Assembly (NCBI GenBank): GCA_018831195.1
Contig: JAHJDP010000104.1
Span: 4,758 to 68,757 of the forward strand
Reading direction: 5' to 3'
Length of the DNA stretch: 64,000 nt
Origin: Candidatus Eiseniibacteriota bacterium
GTDB taxonomy: Bacteria; Eisenbacteria; RBG-16-71-46; CAIMUX01; JAHJDP01
Position numbers and translations under genes: made by a program. Of the stretch, positions 1-9,209 are shown piece by piece. Numbering within the stretch: position 1 is the stretch's first letter; each line of letters starts with the position of its first letter. The notes below the pieces were generated by a model that searched no databases, was not told the origin of the DNA, and worked only from the letters and a program-made list of their open reading frames with translations.

Positions 1-49
1 CTATAGGAGGAAGGAACCGATCTGGTAACCACTCTATTTCACGCAGAAA

Positions 50-74
50 GGGGAGGCGGTGGGTGCGCCTCCCC
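50..74 (-). terminator. GC-rich hairpin, candidate intrinsic terminator of the CBM9/DUF5916-like gene
   Basis: GGGGAGGCG (50-58) pairs perfectly with CGCCTCCCC (66-74), with a 7-nt loop. On the minus strand it lies about 65 nt after the stop at 138 and is followed only by a short TTTCT tract. Confidence 0.4.
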
Positions 75-137
75 TCCATAATGTCTACGAATGACGGTCC
101 CTCATCATCCGCAGCCATCGCCCAACCCGGTCTTACT

Positions 138-2726
138 CTACATTGCGAACCAATATGTCAGCTTCGCCAGGAAGACATTTTCAGGTTCGTTGTTGAAAAG
201 GTTTCCCGCGTCAAGATCGTTTGAGAAGGAATGGGGATTGGAGGATTCGCCTCTTTCAAAATAGCCGGATCGGCTGTGCGTCCATACGAGAAAGAGTGTG
301 CTGCCGGGGCGGTACTCCCAGCGATAGACGGCATTCAGATTCACCGCTGTGTAACTGAAGTCGAAGTCGTTGACATCGTATCCCTCTTCCTCGTAGGGCG
401 TGAGATCATAGGTGTCAGCCTTCGCTAACTCTCTAACACGGCGGTAATCGCCGACGGTGATATAGGGCTGAACATAGAGTTCCAGCGATTGATTTCGAGC
501 GAAGAGGAGATTCGTCCGGAGGGTCAGGCTCAGGGTCTGCTGGAGAAGATCACCAAAGACATAGCTGCGACCACCAATACCGACACCGCCGGGCCGTTCG
601 GATATATCGACCGTTTCGATATACTGGGTATCGTCGATGCGGTCATTATATCTGAGATCCAGGTGATGATTAATCGCGCTGGATTGATTCCAATTGAGGG
701 CGCTGTTGAATGTGTAACTTCTGTTGCCGGCCGTATCGTCGAAATAGTTCAGCTCGGCGTAGCAATTCAGATCCTTGCGGGTGTCGGTTTGAACTCCGCC
801 CCAGCCGCCCCAGGTGGTTGGTTCTGAAATTAGGGGGCCGCCGCGGGTCATGTAGCGCTGCGTGCCTTCGAAATTGTAGCTCAAGCCCCACCAGGCTTCG
901 CGGTAATTCCGGAATTGCATCCAGCCGTTAATATTAGAAGTGGTGAATCCCGGATGCCCCTGGCCGTAGGTCCAAGCTATCTCATCGGTGCCGGCGCGAT
1001 AGCCGGTACGGGACTCATAGAGCCAATTACTGTTAAGGTTAAAGTTGAAATTGGCGCGATTGAAGAGATTGCTTTCCCCATCGGGGTTGTAATTGTAGCC
1101 GAGCCACATTCCGCTGGAAATCTCATCGGGCGCACTCAAGAAACCCATATCATTCAGGTTCAGATCCCCTGTTTCCACGCGGCCGTAGGCCGAACCGCGG
1201 AGCTTGCCGCCGCCGCGGAAAACGCCAATGGTCGCACCCGATCCGTAATCCTGGCGGCTATTGATATCGGGATCATCGGCGATACCCTCATGATCGACAA
1301 TGGATCCGACATAAGAGCCTGAGACATTCCAATCGCGATTGTGGAAGTTGAGATCGAAGTCAAACCCGGTGGTATAGGCTTCGCGTGTGGCATAGTCGTC
1401 GTCGCCGAGCGGTGCCGCCGTCTTGTTCACCGCGGTCTGCATCAGATTGAACCGGAAGTTACCATTGTTATACTCTTTGCCCAATCTTGCGACGGCATAA
1501 TGGTTCGTCTCGCGGCCATTCTTGAAGATGTTGTGTGATTTTCCGGCGTCTGTGATATCGGTCGTCGCATAGAGCGCGGCGACGGAGATGTCCCCCGCGG
1601 TTTTCCCCGTCATCTTCCCGGCGAATCTGATTCTCGAATTTTCATTCCCTGTCCCGATACGGCGGGAGTAAAACATATTGAATTCAGGATGCGCAAAGAA
1701 ACGGTTGCCCTCGATGAAGAAGGGCCGCTTTTCTTGGAAGTAAGTCTCATAGGGCGACAAGTTGAGCGTCGCCGGATCGGCTTCCACCTGGCCGAAGTCG
1801 GGATTGATGGCGGCGTTGAGTGTCATGTTGGCGGAGATGCCGTACTTGATGTCGGCGCCCATATTCTGGAATTCACCGAGTTTGTCATCGGGGCCGGCAA
1901 TCGAGGGATCCGTCGTTCGCTGAACAAAATAGGGGATGACCTCCAGCTGTTTCGGCGCGGAGACATTGCTGATGCCTTGAAGCTCGCCGAACCGGCTGAT
2001 GAATCCGCGGGTTTCCCGGTCCCAGATGACCCAGGCCGTATCCTCGCCGCGCCCATGCATATACCGATAGACCTGTAATCCCCAAGTCATTGATTCCTCA
2101 GGGCGAAAACGGATTGCTGAGAACGGAATTTTCATCTCGGCATACCAACCGCGCTCATCGGAATGAGTCTCCGCCTGCCAGACGGCATCCCAATCGTCAT
2201 CGCGGTCGCCGTCATTGAACATATAGCTGTCCATGAGAACGCCGTCGGGATTCACCCGGAAATTGTAACCGGTGTTGCGGTCATGATAGGGATCCAAATA
2301 GACACTGACGATATCGGAGTTGGTGTAATTATCCCGCCGGGAAAGATGGGTTGAAATGTTTTGCGGATTTTCTTCCAGGCAGGCGACACCGAAATAGATG
2401 GCGTTTTCGTCATAAAGAACCTTGAAAATCGTCTGCTCCGTCGGCATCGCACCCCGATCGGGATCCCAGACGCGGAAATCGCCGGCCGCCTCAGCATCTT
2501 TCCAACAGAGATCGTCGAGCCGGCCGTCCAGCTCGATGGGATGTCCATTCATGCGGGCGGCATGAACGACCCGGAGGTTGGCGTCAACACCGTCTGAAGC
2601 TGCGGGAAAAGATTCCCTTAAGTCATCAGGTCCGAATCCCTCGAACCCCGCGGCCCAAAGCGGTGAAGTCAACAGAGACACGATAAGAAGACTGGACAGC
2701 AACGTAAAAGCAGTTCGATTCGACAT
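138..2726 (-). CDS. secreted CBM9-like / DUF5916-like protein (probable surface or outer-membrane carbohydrate-binding protein)
   Basis: ORF 138-2864. I moved the start to ATG 2726, which gives MSNRTAFTLLSSLLIVSLLTSPLWAAG (a Sec signal peptide) and has a purine-rich GGGGGGAAG upstream. The N-terminal block HPIELDGRLDD..W.DAEAAGDF....FKVLYDENAIYFGVACLE resembles CBM family 9. The long beta-rich remainder ending LTYWFAM resembles DUF5916 proteins as I remember them. Confidence 0.6.
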   Translation of the reverse strand: MSNRTAFTLLSSLLIVSLLTSPLWAAGFEGFGPDDLRESFPAASDGVDANLRVVHAARMNGHPIELDGRLDDLCWKDAEAAGDFRVWDPDRGAMPTEQTIFKVLYDENAIYFGVACLEENPQNISTHLSRRDNYTNSDIVSVYLDPYHDRNTGYNFRVNPDGVLMDSYMFNDGDRDDDWDAVWQAETHSDERGWYAEMKIPFSAIRFRPEESMTWGLQVYRYMHGRGEDTAWVIWDRETRGFISRFGELQGISNVSAPKQLEVIPYFVQRTTDPSIAGPDDKLGEFQNMGADIKYGISANMTLNAAINPDFGQVEADPATLNLSPYETYFQEKRPFFIEGNRFFAHPEFNMFYSRRIGTGNENSRIRFAGKMTGKTAGDISVAALYATTDITDAGKSHNIFKNGRETNHYAVARLGKEYNNGNFRFNLMQTAVNKTAAPLGDDDYATREAYTTGFDFDLNFHNRDWNVSGSYVGSIVDHEGIADDPDINSRQDYGSGATIGVFRGGGKLRGSAYGRVETGDLNLNDMGFLSAPDEISSGMWLGYNYNPDGESNLFNRANFNFNLNSNWLYESRTGYRAGTDEIAWTYGQGHPGFTTSNINGWMQFRNYREAWWGLSYNFEGTQRYMTRGGPLISEPTTWGGWGGVQTDTRKDLNCYAELNYFDDTAGNRSYTFNSALNWNQSSAINHHLDLRYNDRIDDTQYIETVDISERPGGVGIGGRSYVFGDLLQQTLSLTLRTNLLFARNQSLELYVQPYITVGDYRRVRELAKADTYDLTPYEEEGYDVNDFDFSYTAVNLNAVYRWEYRPGSTLFLVWTHSRSGYFERGESSNPHSFSNDLDAGNLFNNEPENVFLAKLTYWFAM

Positions 2727-2974
2727 TGTCAGCTTCCCCCCTCTGGGAATTAAGACGGTGGAGGATACGGAAACGTTCAAAAAAATAATGTAAGGACTTT
2801 CCGAGCCGTGACCCCCCGGTTTACGGCGCAATCTTTGGGGCTCTAGCAGCGGTGGTGAAAACACGGACTTTGAAAAGAACCGGCCGCGGTCTATGCTGGG
2901 GAATCTTTCCGGCGGAGGCGCCGCCTCTGATCCGGAACCACCGCCTCTGATCTGGTGCGAGAAGGAGGGAAGGA

Positions 2975-3310
2975 ATGATTGCCAGGAAGTATCAGGATGT
3001 GCCGGCTCAGCCGGTCGAGGGAACTCCCGGGGCCGCGATCCGCTGGCTTATTGCCCAAAAAGATGGCGCCCCTAATTTCGCCATGAGGATTATTGAAATC
3101 CAAGAGGGAAGCGCCAGTCCGCATCATACCCATCCATCCGAACATGAGGTCTTTATCCTGGAGGGGAATGGGGTGGTGCGAAGCGAAGAGGGGGACAAGC
3201 CTATCGCACCCGGAATCTTCGTCTTTGTTCCCCCGGAGGAAAAGCATCAATTCGTCAATACGGGATCCGGCCTGCTTCGATTTATCTGTATCGTTCCTCT
3301 TGAAAAGTAG
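2975..3310 (+). CDS. cupin-domain protein
   Basis: 111 aa. The ATG is preceded by GAAGGAGGG. Cupin motifs are SASPHHTHPSEHEVFILEG and GIFVFVPPEEKHQFVNTG. Confidence 0.8.
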   Translation: MIARKYQDVPAQPVEGTPGAAIRWLIAQKDGAPNFAMRIIEIQEGSASPHHTHPSEHEVFILEGNGVVRSEEGDKPIAPGIFVFVPPEEKHQFVNTGSGLLRFICIVPLEK

Positions 3311-3330
3311 AGGCGGGGAGAGGGATATGA

Positions 3331-3365
3331 AAATCCCCTCGGGATAGAAACCGAGGGGATTTTTC
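3331..3365. terminator. bidirectional intrinsic terminator between the convergent cupin and mutase genes
   Basis: AAATCCCCTCGG (3331-3342) pairs with CCGAGGGGATTT (3351-3362), with an 8-nt loop. An A tract lies on the left and a T tract on the right. Confidence 0.7.
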
Positions 3366-3391
3366 TAAGGGACGGCTGACAGCCTACACGA

Positions 3392-5086
3392 TTAAAGGTA
3401 ACCGGGATCTCTATAGGCGCCGAAGACATCCCGAAAGACATCCGAAATCTCACCCAGGGTGATTCCGGCTTTCACGGCTTCCAGAATCGGCGGCACCAAA
3501 TTGCCGGTTCCTTTGGCGGCCTTCCGGACGCTATCCAGCGCCGCATCGGCCGCTGAAGCGTTCCTCGTTTTACGGAGCTTCTGGATCCTCTCGCTTTGTG
3601 TCCGTTCCACTTCGGGATCGATCTTCAGAACCGGGATCGGTGGATCCTCGCCCTCCTGGTAGGTGTTGATCCCGACGATCGATCGGGTCTTCTCCTCGAC
3701 CATCCTCTGGAATTCGACGGCGGAGCGGTGGATCTCTTTTTGAGGGAAACCCTGTTCCACGGCGGCCAGCATGCCGCCCATATCATCGATCTTCTGAATG
3801 ATATCCCAGGCGCTCTCTTCCATTTCCTTCGTCAGCCGCTCGATGAAATAGGATCCGCCCAGGGGATCCACAACCTTGGTGACGTTTGATTCCTCTGCAA
3901 TCACCTGCTGTGTGCGCAGGGCCAGCTTGGCGGCCTCCTCAGTGGGCAGGGCGTACGTTTCATCCATCGAGTTTGTATGAAGGGATTGTGTGCCGCCCAA
4001 GACGGCGGCGAGAGCCTGGAGGGCGACTCGGACCACATTATTATAGGGCTGCTGCGCCGTCAGACTGACACCGGCCGTTTGCGCGTGCGTCCGCAGCCAC
4101 AACGAACGCGGATTCTTTGCGCCGAAGCGCTCTTTCATGATCCGAGCCCACATGCGGCGCCCCGCACGGAATTTCGCGATCTCCTCAAAGAAATCATTGT
4201 GGACATCCCAAAAGAAGGAGAGACGCGGCGCAAATTCATCAACCTCCAAGCCCGCCTCGATACCGGCCTGCACATAGGCGATCCCATCGGCGATGGTGAA
4301 CGCTAATTCCTGCACGGCCGTCGAACCGGCCTCACGAATGTGATAGCCGCTGATTGAAATCGTATTCCAGAGGGGCATATGCCGTGTGCCGTAGACCAGC
4401 ATATCCTGGATGATCCGCATGCTCGGCCGGGGTGGAGAGATCCACTCCTTTTGTGCAATAAATTCCTTGAGGATGTCGTTCTGCAGTGTGCCGCGGAGTT
4501 TCTCGGGTCCAATACCCTGTTTTTCCGCCGCTGCGATGTAGAAAGCGAGAAGAACAATGGCGGGCCCGTTGATGGTCATTGAGGTGCTGACCTTGTCGAG
4601 GGGGATACCCTTAAAAAGGAGTTCCATATCCCGGAGCGTCGGGATGGAAACCCCCTCCCGGCCGACCTCGCCCAGAGACATTTTATGATCCGGGTCGTAA
4701 CCCATCAACGTCGGCATATCGAAAGCCGTGGAAAGGCCGGTCTGGCCATTCTCCAAGAGATAATGGAAACGGCGGTTTGTGTCTTCGGGACTCCCGAATC
4801 CGGCAAACATCCGCATCGTCCACGTTCGCCCGCGGTACATATCTTTGTGAATGCCGCGGGTAAAGGGATATTCCCCGGGCAGGTCATCACTCTTTCCGTG
4901 GGGCTCCGAAAGATCGCCGGAGACATAGACCTCTTTCAACGGCAAACCGGAATAGGTCGCCCACCTTTTCGAGTTCTCCGTTTCCGTCGATTTTGGCCTG
5001 GAGCGTACGGCAGGGTCCTTGCTTCCCGCGGGTCTCTTATCTTTCTCAACTGTGGACTTGTTGGTTGGCTTGGATGTTCGACTCAT
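3392..5086 (-). CDS. B12-dependent acyl-CoA mutase large (catalytic) subunit, isobutyryl-CoA mutase (IcmA)-like
   Basis: 564 aa with the mutase TIM-barrel blocks [41 protein letters not shown] and [12 protein letters not shown]. The substrate-determinant positions read RMF (Phe where MCM has Tyr89) and EFIAQKEW (Gln where MCM has Arg207). That is the ICM-type signature. There is no C-terminal DxHxxG B12-binding domain. Confidence 0.85.
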   Translation of the reverse strand: MSRTSKPTNKSTVEKDKRPAGSKDPAVRSRPKSTETENSKRWATYSGLPLKEVYVSGDLSEPHGKSDDLPGEYPFTRGIHKDMYRGRTWTMRMFAGFGSPEDTNRRFHYLLENGQTGLSTAFDMPTLMGYDPDHKMSLGEVGREGVSIPTLRDMELLFKGIPLDKVSTSMTINGPAIVLLAFYIAAAEKQGIGPEKLRGTLQNDILKEFIAQKEWISPPRPSMRIIQDMLVYGTRHMPLWNTISISGYHIREAGSTAVQELAFTIADGIAYVQAGIEAGLEVDEFAPRLSFFWDVHNDFFEEIAKFRAGRRMWARIMKERFGAKNPRSLWLRTHAQTAGVSLTAQQPYNNVVRVALQALAAVLGGTQSLHTNSMDETYALPTEEAAKLALRTQQVIAEESNVTKVVDPLGGSYFIERLTKEMEESAWDIIQKIDDMGGMLAAVEQGFPQKEIHRSAVEFQRMVEEKTRSIVGINTYQEGEDPPIPVLKIDPEVERTQSERIQKLRKTRNASAADAALDSVRKAAKGTGNLVPPILEAVKAGITLGEISDVFRDVFGAYRDPGYL

Positions 5087-5112
5087 TCATTCCACCCCGT
5101 TCATCAGACGTT

Positions 5113-5577
5113 CTAGAGATCGAATTCTTCCCTCAATGCTTTTTCAGCACCCGGCAAACTCGCTTCATCGATCATGCAGGTAACCGATGACATCGATGTG
5201 GAAATGACCTCGATATTGATGCCATTGTTGGACAGGGAACCGAACATCCTCCCCGCCAACCCGACTTCCTGTGACAGACCCTGGCCTACAAGAGAGATGA
5301 GGGCGACCTCGGAATTGATCTTCACCGATTTGCCGCCCACTTCGGCGCGGATTTTCTCCATGACCTCATTCACCTGCGCCTCTTGGCTTCTGGAAATCGC
5401 CAGCGAAATATCGGCCCGGCCCTCCCGGCCGCCGGTTGAGACCACAAGTTCCACATTAAAACCCTGGGCGCCGAGTGTTCCAAAAATTTCCGCGGCCCTG
5501 CCGGGACGATCTTCTACATCGGTAATCGTGACCTTGCTGATATTGCGATTCGTAACTATTTGAATACCACTTGTCAT
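5113..5577 (-). CDS. stand-alone tandem ACT-domain protein (aspartokinase beta-subunit-like)
   Basis: ORF 5113-5595. The start at ATG 5577 (MTSGIQIV) avoids overlap with the upstream gene. There are two ACT-like repeats: ISKVTITDVEDRPGRAAEIFGTLGAQGFNVELV and ALISLVGQGLSQEVGLAGRMFGSLSNNGINIEVIS. Confidence 0.75.
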   Translation of the reverse strand: MTSGIQIVTNRNISKVTITDVEDRPGRAAEIFGTLGAQGFNVELVVSTGGREGRADISLAISRSQEAQVNEVMEKIRAEVGGKSVKINSEVALISLVGQGLSQEVGLAGRMFGSLSNNGINIEVISTSMSSVTCMIDEASLPGAEKALREEFDL

Positions 5578-5581
5578 GGCG

Positions 5582-5935
5582 TCATCTCCCTTCACCTTCG
5601 TTTTCCCTAATGACCCGGTTTCTCATTTCTTTGAGTCGGGATCGCTGCTTCTTTCCCGTCAAGCGCTCTTCCCTGGCAGCAGCCGTCGGCTGGGTCGGAT
5701 GTCTCGCGGGTGGCTTTTTCTCGAGTGCGAGTACCTTTTCAACCAAACGGTCTTCCGCTTCTTTCCGATTCCGATGCAACTCGCGATGACAACGTCCGAT
5801 CGCAACAACGCCGGTCGGGATATGCTGTATACGAACGGCCGAGGCAACCTTATTCCGTTTCTGCCCTCCCGGCCCGCCCGAGCGGAATACCGTGATCCGG
5901 CATTCCTTAAGAATGTTATCTCTTGTGGTTGCCAC
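5582..5935 (-). CDS. arfB: ArfB/ICT1-like peptidyl-tRNA hydrolase (GGQ domain plus basic C-terminal tail)
   Basis: 117 aa with a GTG start. It has the GGQ motif FRSGGPGGQKRNKVASAVRIQHIPTG. The basic tail KKPPARHPTQPTAAAREERLTGKKQRSRLKEMRNRV parallels the E. coli ArfB tail. The exact start is uncertain because I see no SD. Confidence 0.65.
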   Translation of the reverse strand: MATTRDNILKECRITVFRSGGPGGQKRNKVASAVRIQHIPTGVVAIGRCHRELHRNRKEAEDRLVEKVLALEKKPPARHPTQPTAAAREERLTGKKQRSRLKEMRNRVIRENEGEGR

Positions 5936-6058
5936 ATCGCAGAGAGTAAGCCTGCCGGGCGCCCTGTTTCAAGTGAGTTCGGCGGTCATGAATCGGAGAA
6001 CCATCGTGAGGCGCCCTAACTTGCAAATGGTATGTGTCAAACAGTCCAATTTATCTCA

Positions 6059-6086
6059 TTGACAGGGTAAAATTAGCCGATATATG
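6059..6086 (+). promoter_or_regulatory. sigma70-like promoter for pdxR(-pdxST)
   Basis: TTGACA (6059-6064), a 16-nt spacer, then TATATG (6081-6086), about 27 nt upstream of ATG 6113. Confidence 0.45.
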
Positions 6087-6112
6087 CTCTAAATGAAAGG
6101 AATGGTCTGCTA

Positions 6113-7648
6113 ATGAATCGGTCCGATCAGCTCATTCAGAGAATCATAACCTCGGTGGAGGATCTTCCCGGGGAGCGCCCCCTCAATGAGCGGCTGGTCC
6201 AGGGGATTAAGGATCTCATCTTTCGGGGTGAGCTGATCCCATCGACCCGTCTTCCCTCATCCCGGGATTTGGCGCTGGGGCTTGGCTGGCACCGGTCGAC
6301 CGTTGTACAGGCCTACCGTAAACTGGTCGCCGCCGGATGGGCTGATTCGGGGGTCGGCAGGGGGACTTTTGTGAAACAGCAGCAGGAGTCCGCCACGCCC
6401 CTTAGAGAGCCCTTTACCTGGGCGGAGGTCATTCGGCAGGATGAAGGGCTGTATGAAATGGAGCGCGTCCTCTCCCGAAATGTCGCCCTCCCGGACGGGG
6501 CCTCGCCCATCCGCCTCTCCGGAGCGATACCTGATCTCAGGCTTTTCCCGATGGAGGATCTTGCCGAGGTCCTGAATGAAACCCTCCGGCTCCGGGGCCC
6601 TCAGGCTTTGGGATACGGACCGACGGAAGGTCTCACGATGCTTCGTGAGGAAATCGCCGGGCGTCTCAGCCGGCAGGGAACGCCGGCGAGGGCCGATCAA
6701 ATACTGATTGTTCAAGGTTCCCAGCAAGGTCTTGATCTTGTCGTGCGACGGATTGTGCGCCCCGGCGAGTGTGTCGCGGTCGAGAGCCCGACCTATTCAC
6801 AGGCTCTGGCGCTCTTTCGGAATCTCGGTGTCCGGTTGGCGCCGATTCCACTCGATGAAGAGGGTCTTCGCGTCGACATCCTCGAGACGGTGGCCGCCCG
6901 TGAGAAAATCCGGCTGATTTATACAATGCCGACCTTCCAGAATCCGACGGGATTGACGCAATCGGTTGAACGGCGGCGGGCGCTGCTTGATCTCGCGGCC
7001 AGGAAAGGCATCCCCATTCTCGAGGATCATTTCGACGCCGAATTGCGATACGAGGGCGAGCCGGTTCCCACCCTGAAGGCGCTGGATACGAGAAACCAGG
7101 TGATCCTTCTGGGAACCTTTTCGAAGATTCTATTTCCCGGCCTGCGGGTCGGATGGGTTGCGGCGCCTGAACCGGTTTATGATTCCCTTTCGAGATTGAT
7201 GCGGGCCGTCGCCATCTCAACGAGTCTTCTGTCGCAAATTGTCATGGCGGAGTTTTGCGCACAGGGTCTGTTGGACCGCCATCTCGATCGTGTTATTTCC
7301 ATCTATGCCCAGCGGCGCAAAGCCCTGCTGGATGGGATGAACGAGTATTTTCCCCCGGAAGCCGGATGGACGAATCCTCAAGGCGGGATGACGCTGTGGG
7401 TCACCCTGCCGCCGGGGCTCAATTCTGTTGCGGTGACGATGGAAGCGCGCCGTCGCGGTGTTTCTGTCGCACCGGGTCCGCTCTTTTTTGTTGAAGGCGG
7501 ACACCGGAATCTTTCCCTCTCATCGACGGCGGAACCGAGTGACCGGCTGAAGCAGGGGATCCGGATACTCGGGGACATTCTGTACGAAGGCGCTGCGGGG
7601 GAAAAGGGTTGGTCTGGAAAGAAGAGTGAAGCGGGACCGCTGCTTTAA
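6113..7648 (+). CDS. pdxR: MocR-family (GntR wHTH + fold-type-I aminotransferase) regulator, PdxR-like by context
   Basis: 511 aa. The N-terminal GntR wHTH is [30 protein letters not shown]. The C-terminal aminotransferase-like domain has the PLP lysine in [17 protein letters not shown]. It sits 20 nt upstream of pdxS. Confidence 0.8.
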   Translation: MNRSDQLIQRIITSVEDLPGERPLNERLVQGIKDLIFRGELIPSTRLPSSRDLALGLGWHRSTVVQAYRKLVAAGWADSGVGRGTFVKQQQESATPLREPFTWAEVIRQDEGLYEMERVLSRNVALPDGASPIRLSGAIPDLRLFPMEDLAEVLNETLRLRGPQALGYGPTEGLTMLREEIAGRLSRQGTPARADQILIVQGSQQGLDLVVRRIVRPGECVAVESPTYSQALALFRNLGVRLAPIPLDEEGLRVDILETVAAREKIRLIYTMPTFQNPTGLTQSVERRRALLDLAARKGIPILEDHFDAELRYEGEPVPTLKALDTRNQVILLGTFSKILFPGLRVGWVAAPEPVYDSLSRLMRAVAISTSLLSQIVMAEFCAQGLLDRHLDRVISIYAQRRKALLDGMNEYFPPEAGWTNPQGGMTLWVTLPPGLNSVAVTMEARRRGVSVAPGPLFFVEGGHRNLSLSSTAEPSDRLKQGIRILGDILYEGAAGEKGWSGKKSEAGPLL

Positions 7649-7668
7649 CTTTAGCACAGGAGGGTGTC

Positions 7669-8550
7669 ATGGAGAAGGGAACATTAAGAATCAAGACAGG
7701 TTTAGCCGAAATGTTAAAGGGCGGTGTGATAATGGATGTCACCAACGCCGAACAAGCCAAAATCGCGGAAGATGCCGGAGCGGTGGCGGTGATGGCATTG
7801 GAGCGCGTACCGGCGGACATCCGGCGCGACGGCGGTATCGCCCGCATGGCCAGCCCCCGGATCATTAAAGAGATCATGAAAACTGTTTCCATCCCGGTTA
7901 TGGCGAAATGCCGGATCGGCCACTTTGCGGAAGCTCAGATCCTCGAAGCCCTCGGGGTTGATTTTGTTGATGAGAGCGAGGTCCTCACGCCGGCTGATGA
8001 GGCGCACCATGTCGACAAGTTTCAATTCAAGGTGCCCTTTGTCTGTGGATGCCGCGATCTGGGAGAGGCCCTGCGCCGCATCGCGGAAGGGGCGGCGATG
8101 ATCCGCACAAAAGGTGAAGCGGGCACAGGCGATGTCGTCGAAGCGGTTCGCCATATGCGAGCGCTTCAACGGGGCATGCGCGAATTGTTCTACCTGCGTG
8201 AGGAAGAACTCATGGCGAAGGCGAAGGAATTGGGCGCTCCCTTCGATCTGGTCCGGCTTGTCGCCAAAGAGGGGAAGCTTCCCGTCCCCAATTTCTCCGC
8301 GGGCGGCATCGCCACCCCCGCCGATGCTTCGCTCATGATGCAGCTCGGCGCGGAATCGGTTTTCGTCGGTTCGGGCATTTTCAAATCATCAGATCCGGCC
8401 GCTCGCGCGAAAGCCATCGTCCGTTCGGTGACACATTATAAAGATCCCATGGTTCTGGCGGAAGTGAGTGAAGAGTTGGGAGAGGCGATGCCGGGCTTGG
8501 ATGTGTCCAAGATGGATGAAAAGGACCTGCTCCAGACACGCGGCTGGTAA
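7669..8550 (+). CDS. pdxS: pyridoxal 5'-phosphate synthase lyase subunit PdxS
   Basis: 293 aa with GGAGGG upstream. The near-canonical PdxS sequence includes [39 protein letters not shown] and [11 protein letters not shown]. Confidence 0.97.
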   Translation: MEKGTLRIKTGLAEMLKGGVIMDVTNAEQAKIAEDAGAVAVMALERVPADIRRDGGIARMASPRIIKEIMKTVSIPVMAKCRIGHFAEAQILEALGVDFVDESEVLTPADEAHHVDKFQFKVPFVCGCRDLGEALRRIAEGAAMIRTKGEAGTGDVVEAVRHMRALQRGMRELFYLREEELMAKAKELGAPFDLVRLVAKEGKLPVPNFSAGGIATPADASLMMQLGAESVFVGSGIFKSSDPAARAKAIVRSVTHYKDPMVLAEVSEELGEAMPGLDVSKMDEKDLLQTRGW

Positions 8551-8573
8551 AAAGGGATGCTGGTGAAAAGGCA

Positions 8574-9209
8574 ATGACAAGATCCGAACTGAAAATAGGA
8601 GTGCTGGCCCTCCAGGGGGATTTCGAAGCCCATCTTCAGGCCTTGAAAGAGATCGGGATCCCGTCGATTGAGATTCGCGATCCGGCCCGTCTCGGTGAAT
8701 TGGACGGCTTGATCATTCCCGGGGGTGAAAGCACGACCCTCCTCAAACTGCTTGGTTGTGAGGGGATGGAGGCGATCCGGCGATTCGGGCGCCGGGGCGG
8801 CGTGGTCCTGGGGACCTGTGCCGGGCTGATTCTGTTGGCCCACGATGTTCGGGATCCGGCGCAGGAATCTCTCGGACTGCTTGATGCGACGGTCACGCGG
8901 AATGCTTATGGGCGGCAGGTCGAATCGTTTCATGCCGTTGGACAATGGGAAGGGGAGGAGAACCGTCCGCTGGAGATGACCTTCATCCGCGCCCCGCGGA
9001 TTCAGGATTTCGGTGGCGGCGTGACGGTCCTTGCGCGGTTCAAGGGCGAGCCGGTCATGATCCGCCAGAACAGAATCCTCGGCGCGACCTTCCACCCTGA
9101 ACTCACCGCCGACCGGAGTGTGCACGCGCTGTTTGTTCAACTGGCGCATGAGGCGGCGCGTGCGCCCTCGGAGAAAGTCAAAGAAGCCGCAGAACCTTGT
9201 CAACAATAG
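8574..9209 (+). CDS. pdxT: pyridoxal 5'-phosphate synthase glutaminase subunit PdxT
   Basis: 211 aa with IGVLALQGDF.AH and the catalytic GTCAGLILLA, followed by FHPELT. It directly follows pdxS. Confidence 0.95.
   Translation: MTRSELKIGVLALQGDFEAHLQALKEIGIPSIEIRDPARLGELDGLIIPGGESTTLLKLLGCEGMEAIRRFGRRGGVVLGTCAGLILLAHDVRDPAQESLGLLDATVTRNAYGRQVESFHAVGQWEGEENRPLEMTFIRAPRIQDFGGGVTVLARFKGEPVMIRQNRILGATFHPELTADRSVHALFVQLAHEAARAPSEKVKEAAEPCQQ

Noticed and set aside
5936-6112. Cobalamin riboswitch upstream of the arfB-ACT-mutase operon
   Set aside because: The spacer is only 177 nt and is shared with the divergent pdxR promoter. I see no B12-box-like element, and the first gene of the operon is not B12-related. 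This is not supported.
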